The notes under the pieces were generated by a model. The model made no database searches. It saw only the letters and a list, made by a program, of their open reading frames with translations, and was not told the origin of the DNA. From a bacterium (GTDB lineage: Bacteria; UBA8248): a stretch of DNA of 64,000 bases. Positions 38,934 through 48,384 of this stretch are shown piece by piece; the stretch's first letter is position 1, and each line of letters starts with the position of its first letter. The stretch lies in assembly GCA_965261085.1 (NCBI GenBank), contig OZ253442.1:3296001-3360000 (forward strand). The letters are read 5' to 3'. Both the position numbers and the translations under genes were made by a program.

Positions 38934-40436
38934 TCAATTCGCTTCATTTTCCTGAGATGAAGGCTTTGATTCTTGGGTTTCCCGATAAATGGCCCACCCC
39001 AGGGAAACCACCGTGATCAAAAGGAACGCCGCGCTGAGCGGACTCTCTATGAATATCCAGAAACTTCCCTCCGAAAGAATGAGCGCACGCCTTAGCGAAG
39101 TTTCGACCATGTAACCCAGAACCAGCGCGATCACCATCGGAAGCAGGGGAAACTTGAACTTCCTCAAGATGTAACCGAAAAATCCCACGATCAGCATCAC
39201 GACTACATCTCCGATACTTCCATTGATGCTGTACGCCCCGACGAAACTTACGCCGAAGATAAGCGGGGCCAATATCTGCGGGGGGATTTGAACCACCCTG
39301 AGCCAAAATTTGATTCCCATCAATCCCACGGCCAGCATGACGATATTGGCCACGAACAGGACGGAGAAAATACCATAGATGATGTCCGGCCTTTGGTTGA
39401 AAAGGAACGGGCCGGGGGTCAGGTTCTGGAGCATAAGAGCGCCCAAAAGGACGGCGGTTGTCCCCGAGCCTGGAACTCCAAGAGTCAACAGAGGGACGAG
39501 CGCTCCTCCCACCGTCGCGTTGTTGGCCGATTCGCAAGCGACGACACCCTCGATGGAGCCATGGCCGTATTCTTCTGGATTTTTTGAGGTTCTTTTCGCT
39601 TCGTTATAGGCGATGATGCTGCCAATGGAGGCGCCGGCCCCAGGCACGATACCCACCAGCGTCCCAATCAAGCTGGATCGAAGCATACATTTCCAATACC
39701 CGACTATTTCTTTCCATTTCATTCTTTCAGAGGAAAACGAACCTCCCGTGAACCGGCTCCCCTCTCCCTTTTCGATCACGAAAAAGATTTCCGATATGGC
39801 GAATAACCCGAGCATCACCGGGAGAAAACCGATCCCGTCGTACAAAAACGTGAGATCGAACGTAAATCGCTCACTCCCGGTAAGCGGGTCCGTACCTACC
39901 GTTTTGATCAGGAGACCGATGAATGCAATGAGAAGTCCTTTCAGCCAAAATCCGCCCGTCAAGCTTGCGATGACGGAAAGGCCGAAGACACCCAAGCTGA
40001 AATACTCCACCGGACCGAACGCGATCGCGAATTCGGCGAGTGGAATGGAAAACAGGATCAAGATAATCGTGCTGAAGATTCCCCCGAAGGTCGAAGAGGT
40101 GATCGAAGCGCTCAAGGCCCTGCCGGTTTGCCCTTTTCGAGTCAGGGGATAGCCGTCCACCGTGGTCATCGCGGCTGCGGGGGTCCCCGGCGTAGCAATG
40201 GTGATTGCGGTGATGGAGCCACCGTATTCCGCGGCGGTGTACAGGGAAATGAGAAGCGCAAGGCCGACAATGGGCGGAAGCGTGTAGGTGAAGGGCACCA
40301 TCAAGGCAACGCCGGTGACGGCGTTCAGCCCCGGCATCGCTCCTACACAGATTCCCATGAGAACCCCGGCGGCAATAGCCACAAGGACATCCATTTGAGC
40401 CAACTGAGCAGCTCCGACGAGCCAATTCTCAAGCAT
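38934..40436 (-). CDS. tctA: Tripartite tricarboxylate transporter TctA
   Basis: GAMPGL, YGGSI.AI...PG.P, DGYPL, PGAGA, ESANNA, PLLTLGVPGS, PGP.LF. Confidence 0.95.
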   Translation of the reverse strand: MLENWLVGAAQLAQMDVLVAIAAGVLMGICVGAMPGLNAVTGVALMVPFTYTLPPIVGLALLISLYTAAEYGGSITAITIATPGTPAAAMTTVDGYPLTRKGQTGRALSASITSSTFGGIFSTIILILFSIPLAEFAIAFGPVEYFSLGVFGLSVIASLTGGFWLKGLLIAFIGLLIKTVGTDPLTGSERFTFDLTFLYDGIGFLPVMLGLFAISEIFFVIEKGEGSRFTGGSFSSERMKWKEIVGYWKCMLRSSLIGTLVGIVPGAGASIGSIIAYNEAKRTSKNPEEYGHGSIEGVVACESANNATVGGALVPLLTLGVPGSGTTAVLLGALMLQNLTPGPFLFNQRPDIIYGIFSVLFVANIVMLAVGLMGIKFWLRVVQIPPQILAPLIFGVSFVGAYSINGSIGDVVVMLIVGFFGYILRKFKFPLLPMVIALVLGYMVETSLRRALILSEGSFWIFIESPLSAAFLLITVVSLGWAIYRETQESKPSSQENEAN

Positions 40437-40477
40437 CCGCGCTCTCTTCGGTTTGCCTGGCGGCCATCGGTTTCACC

Positions 40478-40954
40478 TCAGCCCAACAGGGAGGGGAGAA
40501 ACTCTTGGGGAAGCTGGAGTTGCAATAGCCGGATGAAAAAGAAATACACGAAAATGACGAATCCCGTAGCGACCATGGCTCCAGTTGTCAAGGAAACGCG
40601 CAACGCAACCAAAAAAGCCGTCAGGCCAATCCAGATGGAAGGGATAAACCCCAACTCTTCAAAAGAAATGACCTGAAAGGCCATCGCTCCCATGCAAAGC
40701 GCCATGGTCGTGCTTCGCCCCCATGTAACATCTTCAACATGTTTCTTGGGAGACAAGTTGCGACAAATCAGTAAAGCCGCGCAGATGGCTATTCCCACGG
40801 CCAAAAGCCTTGGGTAATAGGACGGGCTGAGCGTTTTATTGCCGACCAGCGTAGAGCCCATCTCAAAATTACCTGAGATGACCCAAACGGCTACACAGAC
40901 GACCAGCAAAGTCACGCCGATCAGGATTTCACCAATTCGCATACTGACTCGCAT
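40478..40954 (-). CDS. tctB: Tripartite tricarboxylate transporter TctB
   Basis: 4-5 TM, P..YP motif, LGF, F..LL.L.LP; lies between tctC and tctA. Confidence 0.85.
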   Translation of the reverse strand: MRVSMRIGEILIGVTLLVVCVAVWVISGNFEMGSTLVGNKTLSPSYYPRLLAVGIAICAALLICRNLSPKKHVEDVTWGRSTTMALCMGAMAFQVISFEELGFIPSIWIGLTAFLVALRVSLTTGAMVATGFVIFVYFFFIRLLQLQLPQEFLPSLLG

Positions 40955-41014
40955 TTCACTCAGGGCAATGGTTGGCGCGAGCGATTAACTCTAGCCCACC
41001 TTCGATATGCGCCG

Positions 41015-41983
41015 TTACTTTTTCATCATCCCTTTCAGAATTTTGCCCAGTTTCTTGTGCTGTTCCACAAAGAAAGACTGAAACTTTTGCGGTCCCCCCA
41101 TATATCCACTGACTTGAGCGGTGGCTTTGTTGAATTTGATGAACTCGGGGTCTTTGAGCATGGACAAAAAGGACTTGTGAATCTTATCCACGATTGGCTT
41201 GGGCGTTCCGGCCTTCACAAAAACACCGCGCCAAAGGCCGTACACCACATCGAAACCCTGCTCCCTGAAAGTGGGCCAATCCGGGAACGGTTTCAGCCTT
41301 TCGGGATGGGCCACACCCATATAACGGAGCTTGCCCGCCGCCACCTGCGCCTGCGCCTCGGAGGGGTTCAATATGGCGATGTCCACGTGGTCTCCCAGAA
41401 GACCGGCCACCATCTTGGGCGGACTGTCGTGAGGGATGTATTTCACCTTAAGTCCGCCGGCAGCCCGAGTGAGAAGACTCACGGTCAAAGGGTCGTTTCC
41501 GATGGCGTGGGAACCCGCCCACCGGAGCTTTCCCGGGTTTTTCTTCGCCCAGGCGGCCACATCCTTGAAATTCTTCCAAGGCTTACGTGAGCTCACAGCG
41601 GCCCCCTGAGGGTCCACCTGCATCCGAATCACCGCTTGCCAGTCGGTGGTTTTGAACTTGATTTTCCCGATGGACATCAGCATGGGCATGTTCGCCGTCT
41701 CGATGATGATATGGGAACCATCAGCTCGTTTTTTCTGAATATATCCTTGGGCCTTTGCGCCTCCGCCGCCTTTTTTCCATATCACCACGAGAGACTTTCC
41801 AAGGTGTTTTGGGGCGAGTTTGGCCATGAACCGCGCAAGACGGTCGACACCTGAACCGGGTCCGGACTTAATGATCAAATTGACCGGGCGATCTGGGTAC
41901 GCGTGGGAAGGAGTAGCAAAAAACAAACCAATCAGGAAAAGCATACAAATTCCCAAACAAGATACGGGTCGAAATGTTTTCAT
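41015..41983 (-). CDS. tctC: Tripartite tricarboxylate transporter substrate-binding protein (Bug/TctC)
   Basis: Signal peptide, YPDRPV, G.GVD..AR, ADG, PTF.EQG, WRGVF. Confidence 0.9.
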   Translation of the reverse strand: MKTFRPVSCLGICMLFLIGLFFATPSHAYPDRPVNLIIKSGPGSGVDRLARFMAKLAPKHLGKSLVVIWKKGGGGAKAQGYIQKKRADGSHIIIETANMPMLMSIGKIKFKTTDWQAVIRMQVDPQGAAVSSRKPWKNFKDVAAWAKKNPGKLRWAGSHAIGNDPLTVSLLTRAAGGLKVKYIPHDSPPKMVAGLLGDHVDIAILNPSEAQAQVAAGKLRYMGVAHPERLKPFPDWPTFREQGFDVVYGLWRGVFVKAGTPKPIVDKIHKSFLSMLKDPEFIKFNKATAQVSGYMGGPQKFQSFFVEQHKKLGKILKGMMKK

Positions 41984-42046
41984 CTTCTTCTCCTTTTCAA
42001 TAGGTCAGAACATGGAAACGTTCAGGTTCTTTTGAATCTCCTGCAT

Positions 42047-44041
42047 TCATCCGCTTTTTGGCAGACTTTCCCCTCCTAGTTGTTTCCAAAAAAACCAGCC
42101 GCAGTGGCGTGTCACCTGGAAAACAACGAGAATCGTCAACAACACGAATCCTGAACCTTGGACAGCGTATCCAGGCCAAAGCATCATGAATGCTCCCAGT
42201 AGGAGCCCTCCTCTCTCGACCCAGGTTGTCTTCCCGATCAAATATCCGCTAAGGCCGGCCGTTCCAGCGACAAGCGCAATCCCAGTCGTCAAGACAACCA
42301 GGATGATTTCAGCCACACTTCCGTTCAATAAAATAGCAGGGGAATAGGCGAAAAGAAATGGAATCACATAGAGGCCTTTGGCCGCTCTGAAGGAAGTCCA
42401 GCCGGTCTTCATTGGATCCGCCTGGGCGATGGCGGCGGCAGTATACGCAGGAATGCAAACAGGGGGCGTGTAACAACTATCCAGGCTGAACCAAAAGATG
42501 ATCATATGGGCCGTCACGGCGCTCATATGGCCCAAGTCGATGAGAGCGGGGGCGGCCATGGCCGCCAGAACGATGTAAGCGGAACTGCTCGGAAGCCCCA
42601 TCCCCAGAACGAAGGAGGCCACCCCGACCAGAATGATCCCAAGGAAGAGACTCCCCCCGGAAGCCGAAACAACGATGGAAGAGAACTTGAGTCCCAACCC
42701 CGTGATTGTCGTGGCCCCGATGATGATCCCCGCAGTCGCACAGGCAGCGGCTATCGGGGCGCACTGACGAGCCCCTCGAACCAGCGCCTTGATGAGTTTA
42801 CTCAATCCGCTTCTCAAGTAATCAAGCGCCACTGCAACAGAAAAATTGTTTTTCCGGAACCCTTCACGGAGATAGTCAATGGCTCCCAACAACGCCATGG
42901 AAATAATCGTGGCAATGATTCCGGCTACTCCTGCATACTGCACCGACCTCCCGATGACCATAAAATAAATCAAAACAGCCGGCGGTATGAGAAAAACAAA
43001 CGCGCGCCCGATCGTGCTGAAAATATCGGGAAGTTCCTCCCAACTCAGACCATGAATGTCGTTTTTCGCCGCCTCCAAATGGACGAACACAAATACGGAC
43101 ATGAAATAGAGCAATGCCGGAATGACCGATATCTTGATGATGGTGAAATAGGAAGTTCCGGTGAATTCGGCCATCAGAAACGCCGCCGTACCCATGATGG
43201 GGGGCATAATCTGGCCCCCGGTGGAAGCCGCGGTCTCCACCGAAGCCGCTACGTGGGGCCGATACCCCATCTTTATCATCAAGGGGATGGTGAAGGTGCC
43301 CGTGGTGACGATGTTGGCGGTGGCGCTTCCCGATATGGTTCCCGAAAGTGCGCTGGCCACCACGGCCGCCTTGGCGGGCCCGCCCCGCATCCGGCCGGTC
43401 AGCAAGAACGCGAAGTCAATGTATATTTTCCCGGCGCCCGAAGCATCGAGCACGGCCCCAAACAGGATGAAAAGGAACATGTAATTGACGAAAACGTACA
43501 TCGGAGCAGACCAAAGGCCCCCATCGGTCAGGTAAAAATGATCGATGATGTCCAAAAATCCGATGCCGCCGTGCCTAAACTCCCACGGCATCCAGGAGCC
43601 AAAGTAGGTGTACACAAGGAAGAAAAACGCAATTAAAGGTAAGGTCAGATTGATTGCCCTGCGCGTGGCCTCCAGAACCAAAATGATGCAAATGACTCCA
43701 AAGAAAATATCCAGGAACAGGACATCATCCACATACCGGGTGCGTTCGAGTAGCCGGTCGAACTCCCGAAGCAGCCATATCACGGAAACCACTGCGGCAA
43801 CACCGAGAAAGGTGGCAAGCACCTTGCTCCATTCCGCTGGTAAAATCCTGTCTTTTTTTGAAGAGGGGATAAGAAAGATGATGGCGGCGGCGGCCATATA
43901 AAACATCGGCCGCTCGAAAATGGCGTCCATCCCGCCGGTAACGGCAAGATAGATCTCCGTAAGAGACATGCCGATCGCGATCAGCATGACAAGATAGCCG
44001 ACGATTCCCTTAGGGGGAAAAGTCTCGCCTTGACTAACCAT
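42047..44041 (-). CDS. TRAP transporter 4TM/12TM fusion permease
   Basis: LEATRR, GGPAKAAV.AS...G.ISGS, ASTGGQIMPPIMG..AF.MAE, LGMGLP, TPPV. Confidence 0.93.
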   Translation of the reverse strand: MVSQGETFPPKGIVGYLVMLIAIGMSLTEIYLAVTGGMDAIFERPMFYMAAAAIIFLIPSSKKDRILPAEWSKVLATFLGVAAVVSVIWLLREFDRLLERTRYVDDVLFLDIFFGVICIILVLEATRRAINLTLPLIAFFFLVYTYFGSWMPWEFRHGGIGFLDIIDHFYLTDGGLWSAPMYVFVNYMFLFILFGAVLDASGAGKIYIDFAFLLTGRMRGGPAKAAVVASALSGTISGSATANIVTTGTFTIPLMIKMGYRPHVAASVETAASTGGQIMPPIMGTAAFLMAEFTGTSYFTIIKISVIPALLYFMSVFVFVHLEAAKNDIHGLSWEELPDIFSTIGRAFVFLIPPAVLIYFMVIGRSVQYAGVAGIIATIISMALLGAIDYLREGFRKNNFSVAVALDYLRSGLSKLIKALVRGARQCAPIAAACATAGIIIGATTITGLGLKFSSIVVSASGGSLFLGIILVGVASFVLGMGLPSSSAYIVLAAMAAPALIDLGHMSAVTAHMIIFWFSLDSCYTPPVCIPAYTAAAIAQADPMKTGWTSFRAAKGLYVIPFLFAYSPAILLNGSVAEIILVVLTTGIALVAGTAGLSGYLIGKTTWVERGGLLLGAFMMLWPGYAVQGSGFVLLTILVVFQVTRHCGWFFWKQLGGESLPKSG

Positions 44042-44145
44042 GAAGAGCGCCTTCCGGAATTATTTGGAAACGGGCGCTAGAAAAATTGCGCGAACCCATG
44101 GTGCCCGATCATTCCTTTAGCATATTGAACTTGCGCCTTCTCTGG

Positions 44146-45168
44146 TTACATTGCCCCCACTTCCTTGTAATAACGGACTGCCCCTGGGTGCATGGGAACG
44201 CCTTTCATATTCTTCACGGAACCCTTGGGCTCCAAAAAACCGTAAAGCCTGTGGGCGCCTTTCAGGTAATCCTTGTTTTCAAAAACGGTTTTGGTCACTT
44301 TGTAGATCAGGTCGGGCGACTGATCCTCTCTTGTGAAAAGAATCGTTCGAAGACCGTAGGTGTTGAGGGGTTTCTTCTGACCGGGATAAGTTTTTGCGGC
44401 CACAACCGATTCCACCAAGCCGAATTTTTCCAGCCTTTGCCGCATGCCCGAAGTGACCTCGGTGAAATTGATAGGGCGGCGCAAGGCTGCTTGTTTAATC
44501 AACCCGTTTCCGGGGCCAGTGTGAAATAAAACAAAGTCCACGTGCTTATCCTGATAGAAACGCATCATGGCGCGACCTCCGCCGAGGCGGACCGTCACAC
44601 CGGCTTTCTTCAGCGCATCGGCCGAAGTTCCATACGCCTTGAAAAGGTAGGTCCCGATGTTGTAGGTTCCCGTCCCTTTCTTCCCGATGGTTATCCCGGC
44701 CTTGGGTTTCTTTTGCACGAAATCCTCGAACGAGTTAATCCCTTTTCCGGCCAACTCCGGCGCCGCCATGAAATGAACGGCGGACGTATAGAGCCACACC
44801 ATTCCTCTCAGGTTCGGGTGCGCTTTTTTGTATGGCTTTTTCCCTGAAATAGCGTTTCCCACGTAATACGTGTAACTGAAAGCAATGTCAGACTTGCCCA
44901 CCCCCACCAATTGGGGATTGGACTTTCCCCCACCCAGGGTGACGTTAAGGGAGTAATCCTTGTTTTTACGATTGAAGACATCCGCAAGGGCGCCCGCCAT
45001 GACATAGAGTGTGCTGGCGACAGTGGCCGCCCCCAATTTGGCCGTTTTTTTCGCAGCCTCGACTTGGGGGGGAGCGACTAACACAAAAGCAAACAGAGAG
45101 ACATACGCTACAATCAATGCTGAGTGCCGGCGACAAGTCCTTTTGAGCATCAATTTACCCTCCCTCAT
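44146..45168 (-). CDS. TAXI-family TRAP solute-binding protein
   Basis: Signal peptide, GG..N, NLR, TYPGQ, Y.VTK.VFEN, PMHPGAVRYYKE. Confidence 0.9.
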   Translation of the reverse strand: MREGKLMLKRTCRRHSALIVAYVSLFAFVLVAPPQVEAAKKTAKLGAATVASTLYVMAGALADVFNRKNKDYSLNVTLGGGKSNPQLVGVGKSDIAFSYTYYVGNAISGKKPYKKAHPNLRGMVWLYTSAVHFMAAPELAGKGINSFEDFVQKKPKAGITIGKKGTGTYNIGTYLFKAYGTSADALKKAGVTVRLGGGRAMMRFYQDKHVDFVLFHTGPGNGLIKQAALRRPINFTEVTSGMRQRLEKFGLVESVVAAKTYPGQKKPLNTYGLRTILFTREDQSPDLIYKVTKTVFENKDYLKGAHRLYGFLEPKGSVKNMKGVPMHPGAVRYYKEVGAM

Positions 45169-45229
45169 GAGAACAGGATGAATCTACATCATTGAATGGG
45201 ACGATTCTAACCAACGCCTCGAGTCTTAT

Positions 45230-45634
45230 CTAAGCGCTCGGATTCATAGTGGCAATCGCTTTCTCCGTATATTCCTTGAGGTGGTTGTAGGCCCTGTCGG
45301 AAAGTTTGCATACCTCGGGGCCATAGGTGCCGGGTCCCCGCGCATGCGTTGTTCTCAGGCTCTCGAATACGGTCAATTCGGTGAGGGCCCGCCGGGCCTC
45401 CTCATCTATGTTGGCCTCCAGGAAATCGTGGTCCGCGTAATCAAAGAGATACCATGTATGGGCAACGTCATCTTTTTCGGGAATGATTCCTTTTGCATGC
45501 AGGGCGGCATTTATCCAATTCGAACAGATGTGCATCCGGGCCCACATCACCGCCTCGAAATCTTCCTCGGGGTGAAGTTTTTGCATCGATTGCACAAATC
45601 GGTCGGCTTTGGCCATATGCTCCTCGATTTTCAT
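45230..45634 (-). CDS. Hypothetical helical protein, HEPN-like
   Basis: RBS GGAG; H.AKA, NAALH..GI, AHT and LR..H.R shared with the neighbour. Confidence 0.7.
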   Translation of the reverse strand: MKIEEHMAKADRFVQSMQKLHPEEDFEAVMWARMHICSNWINAALHAKGIIPEKDDVAHTWYLFDYADHDFLEANIDEEARRALTELTVFESLRTTHARGPGTYGPEVCKLSDRAYNHLKEYTEKAIATMNPSA

Positions 45635-45655
45635 GGTTTATCTCCAGAATTTTAG

Positions 45656-46063
45656 TTAAACCACTCTCCAGACCGTGGGCCGTGCTGCATCTCCGACGAT
45701 TCCCAGAAAACCCGCTTTTGCCTCCTCCAGACTTAGAAGGCATTTATCTATGATCGCCCGGCTAATCGGTTCATTGTCCCGACAATGTTTGGGGCGAAGC
45801 TGCTCGATAAATTTGAGCGGTTCCATCGCAGCTTGAAGATTTGCGCTGGGCTTCTTGATGTATCCGTCCAAAGTGGGTCGGAAGGTATGGGCGTGGTCCA
45901 TCAATTGGGTAGTGATCCCTTCCACGTGGAGAGCCGCGTTAAAATAGTGCGTGGCGGTAAGCATACATGTCTCGATGATCATCTCGGGGTCGTTATCGGG
46001 ATCTAATTTTCGAAGAGAGGTTTCGATTCTTTGCGCTTTTGCGACGTGGTCACGGGGTTCCAA
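45656..46063 (-). CDS. Hypothetical helical protein, HEPN-like paralogue
   Basis: GGAGGAG RBS before TTG 46063; aligns with the downstream ORF over its whole length. Confidence 0.7.
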   Translation of the reverse strand: MEPRDHVAKAQRIETSLRKLDPDNDPEMIIETCMLTATHYFNAALHVEGITTQLMDHAHTFRPTLDGYIKKPSANLQAAMEPLKFIEQLRPKHCRDNEPISRAIIDKCLLSLEEAKAGFLGIVGDAARPTVWRVV

Positions 46064-46458
46064 TATGGATCTCCTCCGCTTTCCGGTGGGGGCTCTAAGC
46101 GAACACAACTGTATCTACACTCATTCCCCCCTAACCCCTTCGTCCCAGGGAATTGCACCATCAGCTTCAACATAGCTCAGATTAACTATCAAATATCTCC
46201 CGCTCAGGAGGGGTATGTCAACTACCTGAAAAACAACCTCTCGGTCACATTGAATTTATATAGAAATCATGCCCGGGTGTTTTCATGTAAAACAATTTCC
46301 CGTTAGTTAAAGTGAGACCATACCAAGCGGGTTAGATGGTTCTGAATTCCCTTCATGGGCGTCTTGAAACCATGTTATTTGACTTCACTTCGCATCAGAC
46401 ACCATATTATGGGCACTTCGCGAAACCCCAATCTCACCTATGAGTTGGAGGCCTACCC

Positions 46459-47646
46459 ATGAACCCAGTCGAGCAAGTGGAAACCACGGACGTCTTTGAC
46501 GCCTCAACCGGAAAAAAGATGAACATCATCGATTGCGACGTGCATCCCCGAATGCCGAAAGGGGTTCAATCCCTAAAGCCCTATCTTCCCGAAAAGTGGC
46601 AGGCCCGGCTCGGGATGAAGGGCGCTCTGGTGAAAGACGAAGCCAATCCCCGAAATACATTTGCAGTGCCCCGGCGCGCTTTCTTTCATCCTCATCCGGG
46701 GGGGTCGGGGAGAGTGGACGCCAGACCACCCGAGGGCGGACCCATTGGCTCCAGCATCAATTTCTTGAGAAGCCAGCTTCTTGACGAACACGATATGAAC
46801 TACGCCATTATCGTCGGGCAAGACGCCACGGGGGTCTCAGGAATTCCGGATGCAGACCTAAGCGCTGCTTATGCCTCTGCTTACAACGATTTTGTTCTGG
46901 CCGAATGGGCCTCCACCGATCACCGTCTCAAGGCCTGCATCTGGGTGAGCCCGCGCGATCCGCAACTTGCAGCAGATGAAATCGACCGATTGGCCGATCA
47001 TCCGGATATCGTTTCGGTCCAGATTTGCCCGATGGATATCCCCCTGGGCAAGCGATACATGTGGCCGATATACGAAGCGGCTTCGCGTCACAATCTCCCC
47101 GTTGCGATCCACGGCGGCGCTGAAACCTCCGGCGTCAATCCACCGATGCTGGCCGTGGGGATGCCTTCTTATTTCATCGAGTTGCATAGCGGTTTGCCCC
47201 AGGTGGGGTGGATGCACGTGACGAGCATGGTATGCGAGGGGGTGTTCGAGCGTTTCCCGAACCTGAAATTCATTGTCCAGGAAATGGGTTACGCATGGGT
47301 CGTGGGTCTCATGTGGCGTCTGGACAAGGAGTGGAGATCCCTGCGGCTGGAAGTTCCCTGGGTCAAGAAGCCGCCCAGCGAAATCATTCGGAAGAACGTT
47401 CGGTTTACGAGCCAGCCTGTCGAGGAGCCGCCCAAGCCCGAATTCAATGTACAAATGCTGAAAATGATTTATGCGGAAGACACGCTTCAGTTTTCATCCG
47501 ACTACCCGCATTGGGATTTCGACGATCCGCGCTATGTTTTCCCCAACATCGACCCGGAACTGCGCAAGAGCATCTTTTACAAAAATGCGCTGGATACTTA
47601 CCCGAAAATCAAGAAACTCGTGGTGGGGGAAAACGGGGTAACCTGA
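46459..47646 (+). CDS. Amidohydrolase_2 TIM-barrel protein, probable dinuclear metal oxygenase (AibH/PtmU3-like)
   Basis: IIDCDVH, AYNDF, PIYEAA...LPVAIH, GVFERFP.LK...E, FSSDYPHWD; coupled to a Rieske gene. Confidence 0.85.
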   Translation: MNPVEQVETTDVFDASTGKKMNIIDCDVHPRMPKGVQSLKPYLPEKWQARLGMKGALVKDEANPRNTFAVPRRAFFHPHPGGSGRVDARPPEGGPIGSSINFLRSQLLDEHDMNYAIIVGQDATGVSGIPDADLSAAYASAYNDFVLAEWASTDHRLKACIWVSPRDPQLAADEIDRLADHPDIVSVQICPMDIPLGKRYMWPIYEAASRHNLPVAIHGGAETSGVNPPMLAVGMPSYFIELHSGLPQVGWMHVTSMVCEGVFERFPNLKFIVQEMGYAWVVGLMWRLDKEWRSLRLEVPWVKKPPSEIIRKNVRFTSQPVEEPPKPEFNVQMLKMIYAEDTLQFSSDYPHWDFDDPRYVFPNIDPELRKSIFYKNALDTYPKIKKLVVGENGVT

Positions 47647-48056
47647 TGGGAAGACATATCATATGCAAGGTCTCGGACTTACCTCCCGGCGAAAGGAAAA
47701 TCGTTGAATTCGAAAATCGCTCCATCGGGGTATTCAACATAAAGGGCGACTATTACGCATTGAGAAACATATGTCCCCATCAGGGGGCTCCTTTATGCAT
47801 CGGGCCCGTGCGTGGAACGATGGACGCAAGCGCCCCCCACCAGATTCAATACGTAAAAGATGGCGAAATACTCGTTTGCCCTTGGCATTGTTGGGAGTTT
47901 GATATCCTCACGGGGCGCTCCGTTTTCAATCCCCACCGCACCCGCGTGAAAGCGTACAAAGTGACGGTCGAGCGGCCGGAGGATATAGCGGAAGACCCCT
48001 CGGTGGAAACGTTTCGGGTAAGGGTGGAGGATGATCTCGTCATCTTGTACGTGTGA
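47646..48056 (+). CDS. Rieske [2Fe-2S] ferredoxin
   Basis: CPHQG...CPWH; TGATG overlap with the upstream gene; 136 aa. Confidence 0.93.
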   Translation: MGRHIICKVSDLPPGERKIVEFENRSIGVFNIKGDYYALRNICPHQGAPLCIGPVRGTMDASAPHQIQYVKDGEILVCPWHCWEFDILTGRSVFNPHRTRVKAYKVTVERPEDIAEDPSVETFRVRVEDDLVILYV

Positions 48057-48384
48057 GGCGAACCATTCTGGCCGGATTCTCCTATCAGGCTTCTTCGAGA
48101 GCACTCTGAACTTGTCGAATTTAAGGATCGAAAATTTGAGAGCCTAAGTCAGGAAAACCTATTTTCACTCACTACAGGAGGAAAGGCATGTCGCTAGAAC
48201 CCGTGCGCGCGCTCCACGACGGCGCCCGATTCGTGCTTGGGTCGCATCCGTATGTTGAGCGAGCTCACGTGACCCTGCGTGGCGCAAGGTTACGTGAATC
48301 CATGAGACGCGAGCACATCAAAGCAGGCTGCGGCGCGTAATGTGCTCTTGAGACATCTGGAGACATCCAGCGGGCGATGGACGA

